Shown piece after piece: positions 59,297 to 64,000 of a stretch of 64,000 bases of DNA. The position numbers and the translations under genes are program-made. Numbering within the stretch: position 1 is the first letter of the stretch; the number at the start of each line of letters is the position of its first letter. The stretch spans positions 7,405 through 71,404 of the forward strand of contig CAUFBM010000009.1 of assembly GCA_959023295.1 (NCBI GenBank), read 5' to 3'. Source of the DNA: an uncultured Collinsella sp. Its GTDB lineage: Bacteria > Actinomycetota > Coriobacteriia > Coriobacteriales > Coriobacteriaceae. The notes beneath the pieces are model-generated. The model was not told the origin of the DNA and ran no database searches. It saw nothing but the letters and a program-made list of their open reading frames with translations.

Positions 59297-60601
59297 CTAG
59301 AGCTCGGCCTCCGCATGGCCTCGCTGCGCCTCGGGCAGCTCCCCGTAGAGCGGATGGTCTTCGAGCCTAAAGCGCTCGACCTGTTCGGGAGTGCAGCCGC
59401 GCACAAAGAGCCACGAGCGATCGATCGGCGTCGCCATGAGCGTGCTGGGCAGCGCGTCGGCGCGGTCGGAAAACACCCGGGCACTCTCGGGATCCTGGAA
59501 CGCCAGCACCAGATGCGTGTCGCAGTTGCCCATGATGGAGCGTGCGCGTGCCTCGCCATAGAGCGCATCGAGCTGGTTGGTCGACTGCAGCAGCAGCGTT
59601 GCCCAGATGTTGCGGCTTCGGATAATCGAGAGCACGTTGTCGATCTGGGGGATCTGCAGATTTGCGAAGTCATCGAGCATAAAGCGCACGGGCACGGGCA
59701 GGCTGCCGTCGGGCTGCCTATCGGCCTCACGAATGAGGCCCATAAACGCCTGCGAAATAAAGAGGCCGGTCAGCGGATCGAGATTGCGGTCAATATCGCT
59801 CACGGTTACAAACAGGGCGCAGGGGGTGTGTCCCATGGAAGCGAAGTCCGCCTGATGGCACTCACGATAGAGCTGTGCCGCACCGTCGAATCCCAGACAC
59901 ATGACCTTTTCGGCAAGGATGCCGACGATGCTCGCGTGCATGCGCTCGGCATTTTGCGTAATGGCGTAGCGCCGCCATAGCGAGAGGGCATAGCTTTGGG
60001 GGTCGGTCGTGATCAGGTCGTCAAACAATCGACCTGTGGCACCGTCCTGCAGGTGCTCGATCAGCTTGATGACCGAGCTGATCGTCTGCTCGTCGGCGGG
60101 TAGCTGTTCGGTGACGTAGGCGATAAGACACGACAGCAGGTTTGCCGCCGCATGATCCCAAAAAGGCTGGTTGTTGTCCTCGATGGGGCAGATGGCCTTT
60201 GCCACCGAGAGGATGTCCTGCTGGTTGGGCCTGCCGTCCGCCTTGCGGCGAATGTGCCTCAGGGGGTTGTAGCCGCAGCGCTCGATGCCGGGCGCAAGGG
60301 CCGGGACGGTGTTGAGGTCGGCGAAGTTGAGACATTGCACGCGGTAACCGTGGGCTGCCAGCACGGGTCCCACTTCGCGACAGAGCGTGCCTTTGGTGTC
60401 GAGCACGATGTAGCTTGCGTTCATTTGCAGCAGGTTGGGCTTGAGGACGTTTCGGGTCTTGCCGGCTCCCGAGGGGCCGATCACAAGTGCATTGTTGTTG
60501 AGTCCCGTTTGGCGGGTGTCGCAGGAAAGCGTTCGATCCTTGGCGAGGATGGTGGACGATGCGGACTCAGATGCGGCGAGACGGCTGGCGAGGTTAGACA
60601 T
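59297..60601 (-). CDS. VirD4/TraG-like P-loop ATPase lacking an N-terminal membrane anchor
   Basis: NNNALVIGPSGAGKT, PNLLQ, DTKG, YNPL, PFW, FMLDDFAN, IRSRNI..LQS.NQL..LYG and GNCD motifs; AAGGAGG RBS inside the clpP 3' end. Confidence 0.85.
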   Translation of the reverse strand: MSNLASRLAASESASSTILAKDRTLSCDTRQTGLNNNALVIGPSGAGKTRNVLKPNLLQMNASYIVLDTKGTLCREVGPVLAAHGYRVQCLNFADLNTVPALAPGIERCGYNPLRHIRRKADGRPNQQDILSVAKAICPIEDNNQPFWDHAAANLLSCLIAYVTEQLPADEQTISSVIKLIEHLQDGATGRLFDDLITTDPQSYALSLWRRYAITQNAERMHASIVGILAEKVMCLGFDGAAQLYRECHQADFASMGHTPCALFVTVSDIDRNLDPLTGLFISQAFMGLIREADRQPDGSLPVPVRFMLDDFANLQIPQIDNVLSIIRSRNIWATLLLQSTNQLDALYGEARARSIMGNCDTHLVLAFQDPESARVFSDRADALPSTLMATPIDRSWLFVRGCTPEQVERFRLEDHPLYGELPEAQRGHAEAEL

Positions 60602-61211
60602 GGGCGACCTCCTTGGTGGTCGAGAGGATTTCGTGGGCAAAGCCGAGCTCGACGGCGCGCTCGGCCGAAAGGTAGGTGTCTTTTGCAGTGAGGGACTGGA
60701 TGCGCTTGGGCGTGAGGCCGCTGCGGTCCGAGAGGATTTGCGTGAGGGTCTTGCGGGTCTGCATGAGACGCCGGCTGGTTTCCTGCAGCGCAAGTGCCGA
60801 GCCGCCTGCCCCCTGGGGGATCAGCGGGTCGTGAATCATGAGCTCTGCATGGGGCGCCATACGGCGATCGTCGCCGCCCATAAAGATCACGGCGCCCATG
60901 GACGCGGCGAATTCCAGGCAGACGGTGCGGATGGGGCACGATGCGAGGCGCATGGCGTCGTAGATCGCAAGGCCCGATCGCACGCTTCCGCCGGCGCTGG
61001 CGACAAATATGGTGATGGGGCGGCTGGGGTCGGTGGCATCGAGCAGGCGGATCTGCTGGCATAGGTCGTGGGCCATCGGGGTTTCGATGTTTCCCATGAC
61101 GGAGAGCTCGCGACGGGCGAGCATCTCATCGTAAATGCTGGTGAGCGTGATGCCTCGGGCGGATTCACGCATGGTGAGGGGGCTGATGATGGGGGAATGA
61201 TTGGTGTCCAT
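60594..61211 (-). CDS. ClpP-family protease with intact catalytic triad
   Basis: SAGGSV..GLAIYD, AASMG (Ser), MIHDP (His), KDTYLSAERAVELGF (Asp); GAAAGGAG RBS. Confidence 0.92.
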   Translation of the reverse strand: MDTNHSPIISPLTMRESARGITLTSIYDEMLARRELSVMGNIETPMAHDLCQQIRLLDATDPSRPITIFVASAGGSVRSGLAIYDAMRLASCPIRTVCLEFAASMGAVIFMGGDDRRMAPHAELMIHDPLIPQGAGGSALALQETSRRLMQTRKTLTQILSDRSGLTPKRIQSLTAKDTYLSAERAVELGFAHEILSTTKEVAHV

Positions 61212-61274
61212 GAGGACTCCTTTCTGTTGGTTGTGTTGTGGAATAGGATTGTTGCCCGCGGAGGGGCTGGCGGG

Positions 61275-62165
61275 CTACAGGGTTCGTCCGAGCCTGAGAT
61301 CGAGCTCGGTTGTGGGGCAGGCTGCCTGTTCGTGCGGCTCGCAAGCGCCAAGGGCTCCAAAGCGATAGAGCGTTGCGGCGGGCGTGGTGTAGGCGAGCCG
61401 CAGCTGATGCTCGACAGGGGCACATCCGTCATTTTTGTAATGAGCCGCGTAGTACTGCGCGATGCTGGCGTTCATCTCGCTGCCATTGCGATGGCGCTCA
61501 AACTGGCGTCTGCAGGTCTCGATGATCTTTGCTACCGACTTGGGTGCCGTCGCGGGAACAAGGGCGAGATAGCCCTCAAATAGCTCGTTGATGCTCAGGA
61601 GGCACAGCAGGTCGATCAGCGTCCTTATGGCTGCTCCCTCGGCGGAAAAGTGCGCGGTCATGCGGTTATATCGGTTGCGGTCGACGATGGCCGCATGGGG
61701 TCTTGGAGTTTTCTGCCCCGTGGTCCCGGGCTTTTGCCGCGCCTGTGTATTGAGCTCGACGTTGCAGCGCTTGAGGCCGTCCAACGGAAGGAACAGTGCG
61801 GTGCGCAGGGTGTTCCGCTTGCTTTCGAGTTCATGACGCTCGTCGGGTTCCCATTCGAGCTTGAGTTTCGTGTCGAGCGCCGTAAGCATATGGGCTAGGC
61901 AGCCTACGGTAAGAACGCACGAATCGTTGTCGCGTTTTGGGGCATAGGGGTCTGTCAGCTTGCGAATGTCGGGGTCGCCCATGATCTTTGTGCAGCGCTT
62001 CAGCAGTTGAGGGTGGTCGGCCAAGATCGTCGCGAGCGGTAGCGACGCGTAGTTCTTGATGGTCGCGGCGGCAAAGGCGGCGTCATATTCGTTTGCATAT
62101 GCTCGCTCAATTCGGGCATCCAGAATGCTTTTCTTATCGCCGTCTTCAGCGTGGTGGTTTGTCAT
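61275..62165 (-). CDS. hypothetical protein (296 aa), first gene of the ClpP/VirD4-like cassette
   Basis: Long ORF, GGAG RBS before ATG 62165, co-oriented 63 bp upstream of clpP; no recognisable motif. Confidence 0.7.
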   Translation of the reverse strand: MTNHHAEDGDKKSILDARIERAYANEYDAAFAAATIKNYASLPLATILADHPQLLKRCTKIMGDPDIRKLTDPYAPKRDNDSCVLTVGCLAHMLTALDTKLKLEWEPDERHELESKRNTLRTALFLPLDGLKRCNVELNTQARQKPGTTGQKTPRPHAAIVDRNRYNRMTAHFSAEGAAIRTLIDLLCLLSINELFEGYLALVPATAPKSVAKIIETCRRQFERHRNGSEMNASIAQYYAAHYKNDGCAPVEHQLRLAYTTPAATLYRFGALGACEPHEQAACPTTELDLRLGRTL

Positions 62166-62507
62166 AGCTTCTCCAATCGGTTGATGTTCGTGCTGTTTGT
62201 TGATGTGTTGGTTGTCGTGAGTGATGTGCTTGCCGTGGGTGATGTGCTGACGTTGGGGTGCTATGCGGTTTTCAATGAGCCCGTGAGGCAGTTGCTGCAG
62301 GGGCGGGATGGAACGGCCCATGCAAGGCGGAAGGCATCGTGCTCAAAATCGAGACAGCAATGCCCTGGGTGCCTCACATGTGGCAGTTACCTCATTAAGT
62401 TGTCATTGCGTTTGGGGTTGTACTTTGCCGATCTTCTTTCTCTTACACGCTGAAAACTGAAACTGAATATGCTCGATCAAACGATGACCACCGGAGCGGT
62501 CATCTTT

Positions 62508-62536
62508 AAAGTACGTTCGTTTTGCTGATTTGACAA
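62508..62536 (-). promoter_or_regulatory. sigma70-type promoter for the cassette
   Basis: Minus strand TTGTCA-N17-TACTTT with an A-rich upstream tract. Confidence 0.6.
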
Positions 62537-62769
62537 GACTAATTTTGAAATTTTTTTCTACGGGGTGAAACGAGGTTCGTGGAACGGTCGCGCTTGGTGT
62601 CGCCAGCTATGTATGTGGTGGCTCAGCGTTTGGCTGGAACGATTGAGCCCCGAGATGGCGTCCCGTTCATGTTCGGGACAATATGACTTTTTACCCGTTG
62701 CAGACAGAGCCGCCGTGGGTGTTCTGTATGATGGCTCAGACAAGGTTACTCAATGACAGGGAGGCATAT

Positions 62770-63612
62770 ATGGCAATCAAAGCCATCGCAATGGATATCG
62801 ACGGTACGCTCACCAACGACCAAAAGGTCATCAGCCCGCGTACGCGCGAGAAGCTGCTCGCGGCGCAGGAGTCGGGAATTAAGCTCATCTTGGCTTCGGG
62901 TCGTCCCGCATGGGGGCTGCACGCCTTGGCGCAGGAGCTCGACCTTCAAAACCATGACGGTCTTCTAGTTGCCTTTAATGGCGCGCATGTGGTCGACGCT
63001 CAGACCGATGAGGTCCTTTTTGACCAGGCCATGCCGGCTGACGAGCTGCATCGCCTGATTGATCACCTGCGTAATTTTGACGTGATCCCTATGATTTCGC
63101 TCGGTCGTAATCTGCACGTCGAGGATTCGTACCATTGCATGATCACGCTGCCTGACGACTCGCAGAAGAATATCGTCAAGTATGAGCGCGATGCGTGCGA
63201 TCTTAAGATTCGCGAGGTCGAGAGCTTGCATGAGGTTGTGGACGCTTATCCCGTGGACAAGCTGCTGACGGCGGGCGATCCGGCCTACCTGCAGGCGCAT
63301 TACGAGGAGATGTATGCGCCCTTTAAGCAGACGCTTTCGGGCATGTTTACGGCCGACTGGTACTTTGAGTACACGGCGCCCGGTATCGACAAGGCCCGCG
63401 CGCTCGAGGGTGCCCTGCCCAAGCTCGGTATCGATGCCAGCGATGTCGTCTCGTTTGGCGACGGCCAGAACGACAAGTCCATGATTGAGTGGGCCGGCAC
63501 CGGTGTTGCCATGGGTAACGCCGTCGATGAGGTTAAGGCTGTGGCCCAGATGGTGACCGCCAATAACAACGAAGACGGTATTGCGGTGGCGCTGGATAAG
63601 CTGCTGGGCTAG
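62770..63612 (+). CDS. Cof-type HAD-IIB hydrolase
   Basis: DIDGTL, ASGRP, FNGA, FGDGQND and AMGNA motifs. Confidence 0.92.
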   Translation: MAIKAIAMDIDGTLTNDQKVISPRTREKLLAAQESGIKLILASGRPAWGLHALAQELDLQNHDGLLVAFNGAHVVDAQTDEVLFDQAMPADELHRLIDHLRNFDVIPMISLGRNLHVEDSYHCMITLPDDSQKNIVKYERDACDLKIREVESLHEVVDAYPVDKLLTAGDPAYLQAHYEEMYAPFKQTLSGMFTADWYFEYTAPGIDKARALEGALPKLGIDASDVVSFGDGQNDKSMIEWAGTGVAMGNAVDEVKAVAQMVTANNNEDGIAVALDKLLG

Positions 63613-63675
63613 AATCGCCGATAATGCATGGTTCGGGCGCCTGCTTACAGGCGCCCTTTTGTTAGGGAGGGTGCC

Positions 63676-64000
63676 GTGTCCGCATTTCCGTTCGACGCCG
63701 TTATCTTTGACATGGACGGTGTCATTGTCGATACCGAGTATTACTACCTGGGCGAGACTGCCGCGTTTGCCAAGGAGCTGGGGCTTAATCTGACTCAAGA
63801 GGAGTTGAATGGGCAGGTCGGTACCTCCCATCAGTTCTTCCTGCATATGCTGGTCGATTGGTTTGAGCGCGCCGGTAAGGGGCATTTCACTGGCGAGGAA
63901 GCGTTGGCCCGTTGGGACGAGTGGGCGCATAAACGTCCGCGCGACTATCAGGCTTTGATTAACCCAGGCGCCGTGGATACGATTCGAGAGCTGCCGCGCC
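63676..64000 (+). CDS. HAD-IA family phosphatase, 5' part (runs off the window)
   Basis: Manual translation MSAFPFDAVIFDMDGVIVDTE; GGGAGG RBS. Not in the ORF track. Confidence 0.85.
   Translation, partial: MSAFPFDAVIFDMDGVIVDTEYYYLGETAAFAKELGLNLTQEELNGQVGTSHQFFLHMLVDWFERAGKGHFTGEEALARWDEWAHKRPRDYQALINPGAVDTIRELPR

Noticed and set aside
59297..62165. Calling the VirD4-like region an ICE or conjugative element
   Set aside because: No relaxase, VirB4/VirB6, integrase or flanking att repeats were seen, and the ATPase lacks a membrane anchor.

Overview
High-GC chromosomal window whose gene content, gene order and codon style point to Coriobacteriia, probably a Collinsella-like gut bacterium (inference, no search run). 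Most of it is core genome: uvrA-ybaK-murJ-uvrC, a 6S-like RNA candidate, rapZ-whiA, gap-pgk-tpiA-gpmI-secG, a peptide ABC operon, six tRNAs, a PP2C plus STAS-HATPase partner-switch pair, a GH13 glucosidase, nrdD/nrdG, folE-HD-folB, a LysR/metY pair, a polar amino-acid ABC system, DUF3793-flavodoxin, an SOS-boxed Y-family polymerase with YolD, and pgi. The best candidate for an undescribed system is a minus-strand cassette between pgi and a Cof hydrolase (59.3-62.5 kb). It has its own promoter, a long structured leader, an unknown protein, and an intact ClpP translationally coupled to a VirD4/TraG-like ATPase that lacks a membrane anchor, with no conjugation genes nearby. Second is a family of long imperfect intergenic palindromes whose stems differ in sequence but share the core CC-TC-RRRC-A...TGC-GG and CTTCG loops. 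All calls come from reading the sequence and recognising motifs.
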